From Candidatus Calidihabitans tengchongensis (lineage in GTDB: Bacteria; Sysuimicrobiota; Sysuimicrobiia; Sysuimicrobiales; Kaftiobacteriaceae): DNA of 64,000 nucleotides. Positions 55,673 through 64,000 of the stretch are shown piece by piece. The stretch lies in the NCBI GenBank assembly GCA_031459615.1, contig JAVKIE010000012.1, positions 1,405 through 65,404 on the forward strand. Direction: 5' to 3'. Both the position numbers and the translations under genes were made by a program. The notes beneath the pieces were generated by a model that did not search any database, was not told the origin of the DNA, and saw only the letters and a list, made by a program, of their open reading frames with translations. Positions within the stretch are counted from its first letter, which is position 1, and each line of letters starts with the position of its first letter.

Positions 55673-55702
55673 GGGAGCCGGGCGGGACGCCGCCCGGCTC
55701 CC
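55673..55702. terminator. perfect 13-bp GC hairpin between convergent genes (possible bidirectional terminator)
   Basis: gggagccgggcgg-gacg-ccgcccggctccc. No U-tract on either side. Confidence 0.45.
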
Positions 55703-55708
55703 GGCACT

Positions 55709-56692
55709 TCAGGCCTCCAGCACCTCCGGGTTCACCGGCGTGGGGGGACGGCGGCCCTGCAGGACCGCCACCAGGTTCTCCGCCGCCAGGGTGGCCATCC
55801 GGGTGCGGGTGGGCACGCTGGCGCTGGCGATGTGGGGCGCCACCGCCACGTTGTCCAGCCGCAGCAGCGGGTCGTCGGGCGGCACCGGCTCCACCTCGAA
55901 GACATCGATGCCGGCGGCGAAGATGCGCCCGGTGGCCAGGGCCTCGGCGAGCGCCCGCTGGTCCACCACCGGCCCCCGGCTGGTGTTCACGAACACCGCC
56001 GTGGGCTTCATCAGGGCGAACTGCGCGGGGCCGATGAGGTGGCGGGTCTGGGGCGTCAGCGGCACGTGGACGCTGATGATGTCCGCCTCCCGCAGGACGT
56101 CGTCCAGCGGGGCGTAGGCGATTCCCAGGGTCTGCTCGAGGTCCTGGCGGCGGACCACGTCGTAGTACAGGACCCGCATGGCGAACCCCTGGGCCCGGCG
56201 GGCCACCGCCGACCCGATGCGCCCCAGGCCCACCAGGCCCAGGGTGGCGTGGTGCACGTCCTGGCCGGCCAGCAGCATCGGCTCCCAGGTCTTCCAGCGG
56301 CCGGCTCGGGTGAACCGGTCCGCCTCCACCAGGCGGCGGGCCGCCGCCAGGATCAGGCAGAAGGCGAAGTCGGCGACGGTCTCGGTCAACACCTCGGGGG
56401 TGTTGGTCACCACGATCTTCCGGCGGGTGGCTTCCGGCACATCGATGTTGTCGTAGCCCACCGCGAAGTTGGCCACGACCCGCAATCGGGGAGCCGCGTC
56501 CATGACCTGGGCGTCGATGCGGTCGGTCAGCAGGCTCAGCAGGCCGTCCACCTCGGCGACCTCCCGCAGCAACACGTCGCGGGGAACCGGCTGGTCTTCC
56601 CGGTCCCAGAGGGTGACGTCGGCCACGGACCGCAACAGGTCCAGGGCAGGCTGGGGAATCCGTCGCGTCACGTAAACGCGAGGGCGGCTCAC
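55709..56692 (-). CDS. D-isomer-specific 2-hydroxyacid dehydrogenase (glyoxylate/hydroxypyruvate reductase-like)
   Basis: NAD motif GLVGLGRIGSAVARRA, plus VNTSRG and the catalytic region PHIASAS. The GTG start follows AGGAGGTGA. Confidence 0.88.
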   Translation of the reverse strand: MSRPRVYVTRRIPQPALDLLRSVADVTLWDREDQPVPRDVLLREVAEVDGLLSLLTDRIDAQVMDAAPRLRVVANFAVGYDNIDVPEATRRKIVVTNTPEVLTETVADFAFCLILAAARRLVEADRFTRAGRWKTWEPMLLAGQDVHHATLGLVGLGRIGSAVARRAQGFAMRVLYYDVVRRQDLEQTLGIAYAPLDDVLREADIISVHVPLTPQTRHLIGPAQFALMKPTAVFVNTSRGPVVDQRALAEALATGRIFAAGIDVFEVEPVPPDDPLLRLDNVAVAPHIASASVPTRTRMATLAAENLVAVLQGRRPPTPVNPEVLEA

Positions 56693-56780
56693 GGATCACC
56701 TCCTGTGGTGAGGACGCGGGTGAGTGCTACGACCCGTCGGGCCCGTCTTCCTGCGTGCGGGCGCGACCGGACCGGGACTC

Positions 56781-57983
56781 TTACCCCGGGGACAGCAGGT
56801 CGGCTACGGGGATGCGGATGAGCACATCCGGGGGCAGGAGGGCCGCCAGGCGGTGTTCCCGGGCCCGGTGGATCACGGGCTCCAGGGCGCCGTCCAGGCC
56901 GCTGAGGGTGTCCACCACGACCACCCCCGCCTCCCGGACCTCGGGAGGCACCGGCTGGTCGCACACCAGTACCGGTACCACCGGCCATCCCTGGTGCGTC
57001 AGGCGCGCGGCGGCGTCCTGCAGGCCCGCCACGTCGGCGGGATCGGGCATTCCCTCCCGCACCCGGAAAACGACGACCGTCCCGCCCAGGCAGGCCGCGC
57101 CGTCCACCGGGCCGCCCCCCGCGTGCACCGCGACTTCTTCGGCGCCGGCGCGGCGCAGCGCCGACTCCACCAGGCCCACCACCGCCTGCCGGTCCGGCGG
57201 ATGCAGGGCGACTTCCGTGAGGAGGTAGGCCGTGTCCCGTTCTTCGTCCCCCACCCGGGCGCCGCAATGCGGGCAGAGCACATCCAGGGAGGCGTAGGTG
57301 GCGATCTCGTTTGCCCGGGGGGAGGCGGCCAGCCACTGTCCCCCCTGGCGGCAGATGACCACGTGCCAGCGGTCCACCGCCCCGACCGCCACCAGCCGCT
57401 CCAGGGTCTCCCGGACCGTCTCCGGCGGCCGGTCGTTCAGCAGGGAGGGTGCCCGCGACGCGAGCACGGCGGGGCGGCCGCGAAAGGCGGGCTGACGGCG
57501 CAGCGCGGCCAGGACCTGCTCGGAGACGGGATCGCGCGGCAGGGAGATCATTCCCCCGTTGGGGGTCAGGCGCAGGGCGGTGAGGACGTCCCGGCGGAAG
57601 CGCTCCGCCACCGGCTCTCCCTCCGCCGGCGCCTCGACCAGCCGTCCCTCCACGGCCCCGTCCAGATGCAGCCGGGTCGCCGTCAGGACCTTCCGGACCG
57701 CCTGCTGATCCCTCCCGACCACCACCATCCGCAGGATCTTCGGCGAATGCAGGACCAGCAGGAGGCGTACCCCGGGGTGGGCCGGCGGGATGAAGACGTC
57801 CGTGAAGGGGTCACTGCGGAGCACAGGACGGCGCGCCGGCCCCGGGCGGGCAAACCGGGTGACGGCCTCCTGGACGCCGGCCAGCAGGCCCTGGTAGCCG
57901 CTGTCCACCAGGCGGGCGCGGATGGCGGCGAGGACCTCCGGCTCCCAGGCGGGTCGCTGGAAGTCGACGCGCTCGACGTACAT
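56781..57983 (-). CDS. hypothetical protein (400 aa), no recognisable family
   Basis: ATG start with no obvious SD. Non-artefactual composition. A single CxxC (LCPHCGARVGDEE) follows a winged-helix-like stretch (ETVRETLERLVAVGAVDRW). Divergent from the GGDEF response-regulator gene. Confidence 0.6.
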   Translation of the reverse strand: MYVERVDFQRPAWEPEVLAAIRARLVDSGYQGLLAGVQEAVTRFARPGPARRPVLRSDPFTDVFIPPAHPGVRLLLVLHSPKILRMVVVGRDQQAVRKVLTATRLHLDGAVEGRLVEAPAEGEPVAERFRRDVLTALRLTPNGGMISLPRDPVSEQVLAALRRQPAFRGRPAVLASRAPSLLNDRPPETVRETLERLVAVGAVDRWHVVICRQGGQWLAASPRANEIATYASLDVLCPHCGARVGDEERDTAYLLTEVALHPPDRQAVVGLVESALRRAGAEEVAVHAGGGPVDGAACLGGTVVVFRVREGMPDPADVAGLQDAAARLTHQGWPVVPVLVCDQPVPPEVREAGVVVVDTLSGLDGALEPVIHRAREHRLAALLPPDVLIRIPVADLLSPG

Positions 57984-58137
57984 GGGGCGGACCGGCGCAC
58001 AGAGCGCCTACAGAGGCCTATTCCCCGGAGAGGGCGCGCACAGACGGGCTCTGGCACGCTTTGTGCCTCCCGCAGGAGGGGGCAGACCCGCCCTCCGGCG
58101 GAGGAGATCCCCGGGCAGGACAGCCAAAGTGCTCTCC

Positions 58138-59058
58138 ATGATGATCGGCCGCACCGGACGGCTGCTCGTCGCCGAAGACGACGAGAGCCTGCGCAATCTG
58201 CTGGTCCGGTACTTCGCGTCCCTGGGGCACACGGTCGATGCCTGTGCCGACGGGGCCACGGCGATCGCCCGGGTGGCCACCACCGCCTACGATGTGATCA
58301 TCACCGACATCCTCATGCCGGGCGCCGGAGGCCTGGAGGTGATGCGGGCGGCCAAAGCGGCCGATCGGTTTGTGGAAGTCGTCATCCTCACCGGCGCCCC
58401 CGACCTGTCCACCACCGTCCGGGCGCTGCGGGAGGGGGACGCCTTCGACTACATCCTCAAGCCCTTCCCCAACGTGGAAATCCTGCGGGCCACCGTGGAC
58501 CGGGCCCTGGAACGCCGCCACCTCCGGCAAGAGAACGAGCGCCTGGCCCGGGAACTGCGCCAGTTCCAGGCCACCGATCCCCTGACCGGCACCCTCAACC
58601 GCCGGGCGTTCTTCGATCAGGGGGAACCGCTGCTGGCCCGCGCGGTCCGCCACCAGGAACCGCTGTCCCTGATCATGGTTGACCTGGACGGGTTCCGGGA
58701 CGTCAACGAGCGCCTGGGACCCACGGTGGCCGATGCGGTCCTCGCCCGGTGCGCCCAGATCTGCCGCGAGCAGCTGCGGGCGGAAGACCTGCTGGCGCGG
58801 TACTGGGCCGACAAGTTCGTGTGCCTGTTGCCGGTCACCGGCCTTTCCGACGCCGCCCTGGTGGCGGAGCGGATCCGCTCGGCCATCGCGGCGGCCCCCC
58901 TGTCCGCCGACGGACAGGCGATCCCGGTCCGGGCCAGCGCCGGTGTGACCTCCCGTCAGGCGGCCGACCGGTCCCTGGACACCCTGGTGCGCCGCGCCGA
59001 GCGCGCCCTGCGCCGGGCCAAAGAGCGCGGCGGCAACCAGGTGTGGACGGAGGGGTAG
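58138..59058 (+). CDS. response regulator: REC domain + degenerate GGDEF domain
   Basis: REC residues: LLVAEDDE, ITDILMPG, ILTG and DYILKPF. GGDEF-domain landmarks: DPLTGTLNRRAF and LIMVDLDGFRDVNERLG. The A-site reads WADKF instead of GG(D/E)EF, preceded by RAED at the I-site position. Start at the ATG at 58138, or the GTG at 58129. Confidence 0.85.
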   Translation: MMIGRTGRLLVAEDDESLRNLLVRYFASLGHTVDACADGATAIARVATTAYDVIITDILMPGAGGLEVMRAAKAADRFVEVVILTGAPDLSTTVRALREGDAFDYILKPFPNVEILRATVDRALERRHLRQENERLARELRQFQATDPLTGTLNRRAFFDQGEPLLARAVRHQEPLSLIMVDLDGFRDVNERLGPTVADAVLARCAQICREQLRAEDLLARYWADKFVCLLPVTGLSDAALVAERIRSAIAAAPLSADGQAIPVRASAGVTSRQAADRSLDTLVRRAERALRRAKERGGNQVWTEG

Positions 59059-59059
59059 G

Positions 59060-59701
59060 TCACTCGAACTCGCGGGCCGGCGGGCGGGCCAGCCGCTCTT
59101 CAACGAGCAGCGCGTACTCCCGCGCCGCCCGCTCCGGCGATGCGCCCAGCATGCCCAGGAGGCACTCCGTGGTCACCCACCCCCGGACCTCCGGCCGCAG
59201 GTACAGGAGGTGGCTGGACCAGGGGTAGTCTTCGGGGCGACTGACCAGCCCCGCCCGAACCGGGTTCAGGTGGATGTAGGTCACCGCCTCCAGCAGGTAC
59301 GCGTCCCGATCGCACGGTTGGGACCAGAATCGGTCGGTGAAGACATGCCCCCGGGTTCCGTGCCGGCGGTTGAGTCCCTGCGCGTAGACCTGGAGGACGC
59401 GCTGCATCAGGAGGGCCAGGGGCACGTCGGACACCTCCACCACCAGGTGCGCGTGGGTGCTCATCAGGCAGAAGGCGTGAACCCGGGCGCGGAAGGCCGG
59501 AAGGTATCGCCGCAGGGAGGCCACAAAGGCCTCCCGGTCGACGTCGTCCGCGAACAGCGCGGTCCCCCGAGTTGCCGTGGCTCCCACGTGGAAGAATGCG
59601 TGCAGAGGCGCCACCCGCGGCTTTCTGGCCACCAGCTCACCACGACCCTCCCACCAATCGGTACCGCGGCCACCGTACCGCCTTTCCCGGTCGGCCACCA
59701 T
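59060..59701 (-). CDS. REP-associated tyrosine transposase (RAYT; IS200/IS605-like Y1 HUH transposase, COG1943 type)
   Basis: HUH motif CLMSTHAHLVV. GLNRRHGTRGHVFTDRFWS, and the catalytic Tyr region YIHLNPVRAGLVSRPEDYPWSS. The start is uncertain (ATG at 59701, or an internal GTG before ARKPRV). Confidence 0.85.
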   Translation of the reverse strand: MVADRERRYGGRGTDWWEGRGELVARKPRVAPLHAFFHVGATATRGTALFADDVDREAFVASLRRYLPAFRARVHAFCLMSTHAHLVVEVSDVPLALLMQRVLQVYAQGLNRRHGTRGHVFTDRFWSQPCDRDAYLLEAVTYIHLNPVRAGLVSRPEDYPWSSHLLYLRPEVRGWVTTECLLGMLGASPERAAREYALLVEERLARPPAREFE

Positions 59702-59733
59702 GCCCCAACCGAGCCACTGCCCCCTGCCCCCTC

Positions 59734-59804
59734 GGGGTCTGTCCCCATCGGGGTCTGTCCCCGGTCCAGGCGGATGGGGTCTGTCCCCGCCGGGGACAGA
59801 CCCC
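59734..59804. repeat. REP array next to the RAYT gene: three direct GGGGTCTGTCCCC and one inverted copy
   Basis: Direct copies at 59734-59746, 59750-59762 and 59776-59788. The inverted GGGGACAGACCCC at 59792-59804 forms a 13-bp hairpin with the third copy (loop gcc). Confidence 0.9.
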
Positions 59805-59813
59805 AGAAGTCGG

Positions 59814-60335
59814 CTACCAGCGATCGTGGTGGACCAGCGATTCCAGCGGCCGGCGGCGGTACCGGGGAGGGCGTTCGGCGGGATACCCCACGGGAATGAG
59901 GCCTACCGGCAGGACGTGGGGTGGCAGTCCCAGGACGTCCCGCACCGCGTCGTCGTCGAACGCGCCCACAAAACAGGCCCCCAGGCCTTCGTCCACCGCC
60001 CCCAGGAGGATCAGCATGCTGGCGAACGCGGCGTCGACGATACTGTACCGCCGCACGCCGCGCTCACCGTACCGGGCGGCGCTGCGCCGGGTGTCGGCGC
60101 ACACGGCCAGGACCACCGGAGCGGCCCCCACCCAGGTCTGACCCCAGGCGGCCTGAACCAGCCGCTGGCGCACCGCGGGGTCCCGGACCACCACGAACTC
60201 CACCGGCTGGGTAAAACCGGCGCTGGGCGCCCGGTGGGCATACTCCAGCAGGCGCCGCACGGTGGCCTCCTCCACCGGCCGGGACAGAAACGCTCGAACC
60301 ATGCCGCGTCGGCGGACCACCTCGGCGAACTCCAC
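59814..60335 (-). CDS. nitroreductase family protein
   Basis: 173 aa. VVRRRGMVRAF, HRAPSAGFTQPVEFVVV and IPVGYP are typical of the nitroreductase fold. Confidence 0.85.
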   Translation of the reverse strand: MEFAEVVRRRGMVRAFLSRPVEEATVRRLLEYAHRAPSAGFTQPVEFVVVRDPAVRQRLVQAAWGQTWVGAAPVVLAVCADTRRSAARYGERGVRRYSIVDAAFASMLILLGAVDEGLGACFVGAFDDDAVRDVLGLPPHVLPVGLIPVGYPAERPPRYRRRPLESLVHHDRW

Positions 60336-60349
60336 GACCGCCTCCCCCC

Positions 60350-62455
60350 TCAGGGATACAGCCAGCGGTAGATACCGTACGTCTGCATCACCCGCTGCAC
60401 GTAGGCCCGCGTCTCCGCGTACGGAATGCTCTCCACAAACACGTCCGGATCGTTTCGGGGACCGCGGGACCAGCGCCCCGCCGCGGCGGGACCCGCGTTG
60501 TAGGCGGCCAGAGCCAGGATCAGGTCGCCGCCGAACCTCCGCACCATCGCCCCCACATACGCGGCCCCCAGGTCAATATTGACAGCGGGATCCATCAGCT
60601 GGCGCAGGTCGACCGGTCGGCCCGCCGTGGCCTCCGCGGTCGCCGGGATGATCTGCATCAACCCCACCGCCCGCGCCGGGGAGACGGCCCGGGGATCGAA
60701 CCGGCTCTCCTCCCGCATGACCGCCAGCACCAGGTACGGATCCACGCGATGCCGGCGGGCGGCGGCCTGGACCTCCTCCCAGAAGGCGCGGGGATACGCC
60801 GCCTCCCACACATCCCGATCCGCCGCCGGGCCCCCCGCCAGCGCCGCAGGCACCAGGGAGGACGCCGCCTCCAGGGCCCCCTTCGCATCTCCCGCCACCG
60901 ACGCCAGCCACGCCTCCGCGGCGGCCAGTTCCCTGGCCTGCGATGGCGACAGGGCTGTGCCGGCCCGCCGAGCCCGCACCGCCTCCAGCGCGTCGTCCAC
61001 GAAGCCCAGCGCGGCCAGCTCCTGGTAGGCGGAGGAGGGCTGGTCGTCGGCAAGGCGCACGGGCGCCGCGCCAGGCGGCGGGGGCGGCGACGGTCGTCCC
61101 AGCATCAGCCGCGCCCGCTGGCCGTAGTACGTCAGGGGATACCGGTCCGCCACAGTGCGCCACAGGGCGTCCGCGCGCATCCCCGCCGCCTGCCGCGCCT
61201 TGGCCGCCCAGAACAGGCCGGCGGCGGCGCGAGGGGCGCCGTCAAGGTGGTCCGCATACGCCCTGAACAACCGCTCGGCCTCGCCGTACCGGTGCTGCCG
61301 GAACGCCAGCCAGCCCAGTCGCCAGCGGGCATCGTCGGCCACTGACGAGGTCGGGTAACGGCGCGCCAGCTCCGTCCACCAGCGGCGAGCCTGGGCGAGG
61401 TCGCCGGCGGCCTCGGCGGAGGACGCCAACGACGCCATCGCCCGAGGAGCCCACGGGGTCGCCCCCAACTCCCGGAGCACGCGCACCCAGACGGCCCGGG
61501 CTTCCCCACGCCTGCCCCGGGCGGCGAGAGCCCGCCCCATCCAGTACAGTCCGCGGGCCCGCACTCCCGGATCCGCGATCCGGGCGGACTGGCCGAAGGC
61601 GTAGACGGCGTCCTCGCCGGGCAGACGCAGCAGGCCCAGCCGGAACCACGCGTCCGCGGCCTGGATTCCGGTCACTCCCCGGTGCAGGGCCGCAACCAGT
61701 TCCCGCCGGGCGGCCTCGAATTCCCCCAGGGCGATCAGCCGCCGGGCGCGCGTCAGGCGGGCCTCCACCGGCAGCGCCTCGTCCCCCAGCCCCCTCAAGT
61801 GCAGCCAGGCCCGGGCGGCATCGGCCTCGGGGCCGCCTTCGGGATCGCTCCACCCCGCCATGGCATAGGCCCGCACGGCGTCGGCGCGCCGGCCCATCGC
61901 CTCCGCTGCCCGACCCCGCAGCCACCACACTCTGACCATCTCCGGACCGGAATCTTCCGGCCGGAACGGGGACAGCATCCGCAGGGCCGCGTCCGGCCTG
62001 TCCAGCTGCAGCAGGACCTCGGCCGCCTGCAGCCGGGCGCGGCGGGCCAGAAGACCGTTGCCGCTGGAGACCGCCAGGGACACCAGGCGATCGGCCGCCC
62101 CCGCAAGGTCCCCCGACAGCAGAGCCGCCGAGGCCGAGTACCACCGGGCATAATCGGCCAGGGGTGGATGGCCCGCGGCCACGGCGTCGAACTCCGCGCC
62201 GGCCGCGGCCGCGTCGCCGGCAGCCAGAGCGCAGTGGCCCAGCAGGTACCGGGCCCGGTATCCCGCGGGGCCCGGATGCCACCGCAGCCGGCGGAGGAGG
62301 TCGGAGGCGTCGGCGCACCGCCCGCCCGCCCGCGCCACCACGGCGGGCAGCAGCTCGCGCGGCGGCAGGACCACCCCTCCCGACGCCCGCCCGGCGGCGC
62401 AGGACACGGCGGCGACAATCGCACCCGCACAGGCCAACCAGCTCGTGCGCGTCAT
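60350..62455 (-). CDS. soluble lytic murein transglycosylase (TPR/superhelical N-domain + SLT domain)
   Basis: C-terminal SLT motifs LAVMREESRFDPRAVSPARAVGLMQI and AAYNAGP. A long Ala/Arg-rich helical-repeat N-terminal region and a signal-like N-terminus. Confidence 0.88.
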   Translation of the reverse strand: MTRTSWLACAGAIVAAVSCAAGRASGGVVLPPRELLPAVVARAGGRCADASDLLRRLRWHPGPAGYRARYLLGHCALAAGDAAAAGAEFDAVAAGHPPLADYARWYSASAALLSGDLAGAADRLVSLAVSSGNGLLARRARLQAAEVLLQLDRPDAALRMLSPFRPEDSGPEMVRVWWLRGRAAEAMGRRADAVRAYAMAGWSDPEGGPEADAARAWLHLRGLGDEALPVEARLTRARRLIALGEFEAARRELVAALHRGVTGIQAADAWFRLGLLRLPGEDAVYAFGQSARIADPGVRARGLYWMGRALAARGRRGEARAVWVRVLRELGATPWAPRAMASLASSAEAAGDLAQARRWWTELARRYPTSSVADDARWRLGWLAFRQHRYGEAERLFRAYADHLDGAPRAAAGLFWAAKARQAAGMRADALWRTVADRYPLTYYGQRARLMLGRPSPPPPPGAAPVRLADDQPSSAYQELAALGFVDDALEAVRARRAGTALSPSQARELAAAEAWLASVAGDAKGALEAASSLVPAALAGGPAADRDVWEAAYPRAFWEEVQAAARRHRVDPYLVLAVMREESRFDPRAVSPARAVGLMQIIPATAEATAGRPVDLRQLMDPAVNIDLGAAYVGAMVRRFGGDLILALAAYNAGPAAAGRWSRGPRNDPDVFVESIPYAETRAYVQRVMQTYGIYRWLYP

Positions 62456-63093
62456 CGGCCCAGCAGGGCGGCCAGAGTCCGGCGGATGGACGCGGTGAAG
62501 TCGTCGATCAGGCGGAGGTCGGGGGGCGGGAGGATCGGATCGCCGACCCGGACGGTCACGCGGGCCGGGCGCGGGACACGCGCCCGCAGGGGGAGCATGC
62601 GGGCCAACCCCAGCAACCCCACCGGCACCACGGGCACCTGGGCCCGGATGGCCAGGAAGGCGGCCCCGGGCTGCAGCGATCCCATCCCCGGCTGGACCAC
62701 CCCGCCCTCCGGAAAGACGACCAGCACCTCGCCGCGGGCCAGGCGGTCCAGACAGGCCTTGACCGCCGCCACATCGGGGGCTCCCCGGCGAACGAAAATG
62801 GGATTGAACAGCCGGATCAGCGCAAACAGCACCGGGTAGCGGTCCAGCTCCCGTCCGGCCAGGTACGTGACCCGGAACGGCATCGCCGCCGACAGGACGA
62901 TCGGATCGATCTCGCTGGCGTGGTTGGCGGTGATGATGAACGGGCCGCGGGGGGGCAGGCGGTCCAGCCCCTCCACCCGCAGCTGCCAGCCCACCCGCAG
63001 CAGGGTGCGGAAGAACCAGGCCACGAGCCGATAGCCCGGGCCCATGCGTGTGCCCGGATGGCGTGCGCGCTCACGGGCTCCCGCCGGGTGCAT
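62452..63093 (-). CDS. plsC: 1-acyl-sn-glycerol-3-phosphate acyltransferase
   Basis: The NHASEIDP (HX4D) and FPEGG motifs. Start at the ATG at 63093 (1-nt overlap with the upstream stop) or the ATG at 63045. Its stop overlaps the SLT start as ATGA. Confidence 0.85.
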   Translation of the reverse strand: MHPAGARERARHPGTRMGPGYRLVAWFFRTLLRVGWQLRVEGLDRLPPRGPFIITANHASEIDPIVLSAAMPFRVTYLAGRELDRYPVLFALIRLFNPIFVRRGAPDVAAVKACLDRLARGEVLVVFPEGGVVQPGMGSLQPGAAFLAIRAQVPVVPVGLLGLARMLPLRARVPRPARVTVRVGDPILPPPDLRLIDDFTASIRRTLAALLGR

Positions 63094-64000
63094 CAGGGAC
63101 TCCGGTCCAGGCGCACGATGCATTCCACGTGGTAGGTGTGAGGGAACAGGTCCAGGGGCTGCACCACGCTCGCCCGGTACCCGGCGGCGACCAGGACCCT
63201 CAGGTCCGGCGCCAGGGTGGTCGGGTTGCAGGACACGTACACCACCCGCGGGGGACCCAGGGCGGCGATCCGCCGCATCACCCGGGCACCCGCCCCGGCC
63301 CGCGGCGGGTCCAGCACCACCACGTCCGGCGGCGCGCCGCTCACGATCTCCGGCAGGCGCGCGGCGTCGGCGCAGACGAACCGGGCGTTGGCAATGCCGT
63401 TGCTGGCGGCGTTGTGCCGGGCCGCGTCCACCGCGGCGGGCGCCGCCTCCACCCCCACCACCTCCGCCGCCCGGGACGCCAGCGCCAGGGCGAACGTCCC
63501 CACCCCGCAGTACAGGTCGGCCACGCGCTCCCGCCCGGACAGCGCGGCGAACTCCACCACCACGTCGAGCATCCGCTCGGCGGCGGCGGTGTTGGTCTGG
63601 AAGAAGGTCTGCACGTCCAGCCGGAAGGTCAGCCCGCGCAGGCGCTCGTGGATGAACGGGCGCCCCGCCAGCACCTCGACCCCGGCCACCTCCACCGCAT
63701 CGCTGCGGGACGGGTTGAGGACGCGGACCACTCCGGTCACGTCGGGAACGGCCCGGCGGACCGCCTCCACCCATTCCCGCGCCTGCGGGAACGGGCCGGG
63801 AGTGGTGACCAGCCCCACCAGCATCTCGCCGGTGGCCCGTCCCTCCCGAACCACCAGGTGGCGGGCGAACCCCTGGTGGGTCCGCGGGTCGTAGCAGGGA
63901 ATCGCCCAGGCCCGCAGGAACTCCCGCGTCGCCTGCAGCACGGCCACCACCCGCGGCGAGGGCAGGTAGCACACCTCCAGGTCCACCACCTCGTCCCACC
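63093..64000 (-). CDS. 23S rRNA (uracil-C5)-methyltransferase, RumA/RlmD family, C-terminal part (5' end beyond the window)
   Basis: FFQTN, SAM motif DLYCGVGTFALALA, DPPRAG, and the catalytic Cys region VYVSCNP. The frame stays open to position 64000. The TRAM/Fe-S N-terminus is missing. Confidence 0.85.
   Translation of the reverse strand, partial: WDEVVDLEVCYLPSPRVVAVLQATREFLRAWAIPCYDPRTHQGFARHLVVREGRATGEMLVGLVTTPGPFPQAREWVEAVRRAVPDVTGVVRVLNPSRSDAVEVAGVEVLAGRPFIHERLRGLTFRLDVQTFFQTNTAAAERMLDVVVEFAALSGRERVADLYCGVGTFALALASRAAEVVGVEAAPAAVDAARHNAASNGIANARFVCADAARLPEIVSGAPPDVVVLDPPRAGAGARVMRRIAALGPPRVVYVSCNPTTLAPDLRVLVAAGYRASVVQPLDLFPHTYHVECIVRLDRSP

Noticed and set aside
55700-60340. Possible defence or mobile island (RAYT, orphan protein, GGDEF regulator, nitroreductase)
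   Set aside because: There are no integrase, recombinase, toxin-antitoxin, restriction-modification, Cas or other recognisable defence genes. There are no flanking direct repeats and no tRNA attachment site. It is treated as a mildly accessory patch, and the individual oddities are reported separately.
59572-60371. Plus-strand ORFs (189 and 264 aa) covering the REP array and the nitroreductase region
   Set aside because: Their repetitive peptides (GLSPSGSVPG and similar) are just translations of the GGGGTCTGTCCCC repeats. The rest is antisense to the nitroreductase gene.

Overview
Very GC-rich (by eye about 70%, not computed) bacterial chromosome segment. Gene content and order are those of a Bacillota core region: era-recO-glyQS, hrcA/dnaJ with CIRCE, holA-comEC, rpsT, and a thrS T-box. 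A thermophilic high-GC Firmicute of the Thermaerobacter/Symbiobacterium/Limnochordia type is my guess only. About 60 CDS are supported, nearly all on the minus strand, plus one tRNA-Val(GAC). Blocks from left to right: hpf, csp, dGTPase-like, ppdK, glyS/glyQ, recO; an NRAMP transporter coupled to a soluble MgtE-N/CBS protein; era, cdd, DUF502, a CNNM/CorC protein; an AapJQMP-like amino-acid ABC system; dgkA, ybeY, pgpH; argR-argH-argG-argD-argB-argJ-argC; rsmE, prmA, dnaJ, hrcA, murJ, rpsT(+), holA, comEC, thrS; dtd plus an unknown gene; a GH63-like hydrolase with a sugar ABC importer; tRNA-Val; two ABC importers without ATPase genes; a 2-hydroxyacid dehydrogenase; an orphan 400-aa protein divergent from a degenerate-GGDEF response regulator; a RAYT-type transposase with a REP array; nitroreductase, an SLT lytic transglycosylase, plsC and a partial RumA-type methyltransferase. 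Many six-frame track ORFs are over-extended or are antisense artefacts of the high GC. True starts were placed using family N-termini, Shine-Dalgarno (SD) sequences and a recurrent GTGA/ATGA stop-start overlap. The most unusual signals are: (1) the NRAMP carries NRMT-like (Mg2+-type) binding-site substitutions and is translationally coupled to a TM-less MgtE sensor module; (2) several families of low-GC short tandem or inverted repeats fill inter-cistronic and 3' spacers, including G-quadruplex-type polypurine tracts that start at stop codons and an 8-bp AACGTT array where a glyQS T-box would be expected; (3) a RAYT with a one-sided REP array; (4) an orphan protein paired with a degenerate GGDEF regulator. 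No CRISPR array, prophage or recognisable defence island was seen. Coordinates of non-coding features were read by eye and may be off by 1-2 nt.
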